From Yuukianura sp. NJ FZ-2021 (lineage: Eukaryota), in contig CM102286.1 of NCBI GenBank assembly GCA_046563655.1, positions 5,580,001-5,644,000 on the forward strand: 64,000 nucleotides of DNA, given 5' to 3'. The first letter of the stretch is position 1. Every line of letters begins with the position of its first letter. Below the pieces are notes generated by a model. The model did not search any database. It was not told where the DNA came from and saw nothing but the letters and a program-made list of their open reading frames with translations. The translations under genes and the position numbers were made by a program. Shown here piece by piece: positions 62,481 to 64,000 of this stretch.

Positions 62481-64000
62481 ACATTTTTTGTCAATTTTAC
62501 ATCCAACCACCACCACCACCACCACCACAACCCCAACGTGCCCACCCATGCAAAAGTATAAATAGCGACGTTGACTTGCTCATCTCCCTCGAATCATTTT
62601 ATTTTATTGCACTGAACTTCAGTCAACTGCACTGGACTTTTCTCAAACTGTTTTGTAATTTCAGTCAACTACACTGGACTTTTCTCAAACTGTTTTGTAA
62701 TTTCAATCAACTGCATTGGACTTTTCTAAAACTGTTCTGTAATTTCAACCAATTACACTAGACTTTTCTCAATTGCCGCGGTATTTCAGTCAACAGCACC
62801 GGACTTTTCTCAAACTGTTTTGTAATTTCAGTCAACTGCACTGGACTTTTCTTAAACTGTTTTGTAATTTCAGTTAACTGCACTGGACTTTTCTCAAACT
62901 GTTTTGTAATTTCAACCAATTACACTGGACTTTTCTCAAACTGTTTTGTAATTTCAACCAATTACACTGGACTTTTCTCAAACTGTTTTGTAATTTCAAC
63001 CAATTATACTGAACTTCAGTCAACTGCACTGGACTTTTCTCAAATTGTTTTGTAATTTCAGTCAACTACACTGGACTTTTCTCAAATTGTTTTGTAATTT
63101 CAACCAATTACACTGGACTTTTCTCAAACTGTTTTGTAATTTCAACCGATTACACTACTTTTCTCAATCGCCGGGGAGTTTTTACCCTATGTCAAATTGG
63201 AGTTGGACGCGCTAACTCATGTTAGCACGTTGTAGCTAAAAAAGTAGTAAAAACTCCCCGGCGATTGAGAAAAGTAGTGTAATTGGTTGAAATTACAAAA
63301 CAGTTTGAGAAAAGTCCAGTGTAATTGGTTGAAATTACAAAACAATTTGAGAAAAGTCCAGTGTAGTTGACTGAAATTACAAAACAATTTGAGAAAAGTC
63401 CAGTGCAGTTGACTGAAGTTCAGTATAATTGGTTGAAATTACAAAACAGTTTGAGAAAAGTCCAGTGTAATTGGTTGAAATTACAAAACAGTTTGAGAAA
63501 AGTCCAGTGTAATTGGTTGAAATTACAAAACAGTTTGAGAAAAGTCCAGTGCAGTTAACTGAAATTACAAAACAGTTTAAGAAAAGTCCAGTGCAGTTGA
63601 CTGAAATTACAAAACAGTTTGAGAAAAGTCCGGTGCTGTTGACTGAAATACCGCGGCAATTGAGAAAAGTCTAGTGTAATTGGTTGAAATTACAGAACAG
63701 TTTTAGAAAAGTCCAATGCAGTTGATTGAAATTACAAAACAGTTTGAGAAAAGTCCAGTGTAGTTGACTGAAATTACAAAACAGTTTGAGAAAAGTCCAG
63801 TGCAGTTGACTGAAGTTCAGTGCAATAAAATAAAATGATTCGAGGGAGATGAGCAAGTCAACGTCGCTATTTATACTTTTGCATGGGTGGGCACGTTGGG
63901 GTTGTGGTGGTGGTGGTGGTGGTGGTTGGATGTAAAATTGACAAAAAATGTTGTATTATGCAGTGAGGTTCTTGTATTATACAACGTGACCATGGCATTA
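62432..64000. mobile_element. Foldback-like giant inverted repeat (arms at least 754 bp, 61-bp spacer) built from 42-bp and 21-bp tandem arrays; extends beyond the window
   Basis: 62432-63185 is the near-perfect reverse complement of 63247-64000 (mirror ORFs 62576-62761+ and 63856-63671-). Inner 42-bp unit cactggacttttctcaaactgttttgtaatttcarycaayt(g/a), about 13 copies per arm. Confidence 0.7.

Noticed and set aside
63243..63248. AGTAGT as a Polinton/Maverick terminus
   Set aside because: Present on only one arm, and no polymerase B, integrase or capsid ORFs are in the window.
61812..63856. Repetitive ORFs (YNTMVTL, LHWTFLKLFCNF, poly-His/Trp)
   Set aside because: Translations of 21/42-bp minisatellites that stay open in several frames and on both strands; no evidence of coding function.

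Overview
Eukaryotic animal genomic DNA, most likely arthropod: AT-rich, with short GT-AG introns, an ihog gene, a gustatory-receptor-like gene and a sloth1/sloth2 pair. Intact spliced genes, assembled by hand, are ihog/boi (4 Ig + 2 FN3), a divergent 7TM chemoreceptor-like gene, TMEM147, RPS23, an N-terminally extended DPY30, a globin X-type globin, a PZP (PHD-Zn knuckle-PHD) protein, COX7A2L/SCAF1-like, SMIM4/UQCC5 (sloth1), C12orf73/BRAWNIN/UQCC6 (sloth2), CNOT4 and two orphan ORFs. An accessory block at 20.2-28.0 kb holds a 568/570-bp tandem array in which every unit carries a ~175-nt G-U-rich hairpin, decayed fragments of ORC2, a microbial-type FAD monooxygenase and CRYL1, two Tc1/mariner-type MITEs, and a perfect six-unit heat-shock element with no HSP gene beside it. 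Other mobile DNA: a palindromic MITE in the DPY30 5' intron, an internally deleted hAT element 21 bp upstream of the PZP start codon, and a large foldback-like inverted repeat built from 21/42-bp arrays that runs off the right edge. The best candidates for something undescribed are the hairpin-array/HSE locus and the head-to-head cluster of three respiratory complex III/supercomplex microprotein genes. All family calls come from motif recognition by eye; no searches were run.
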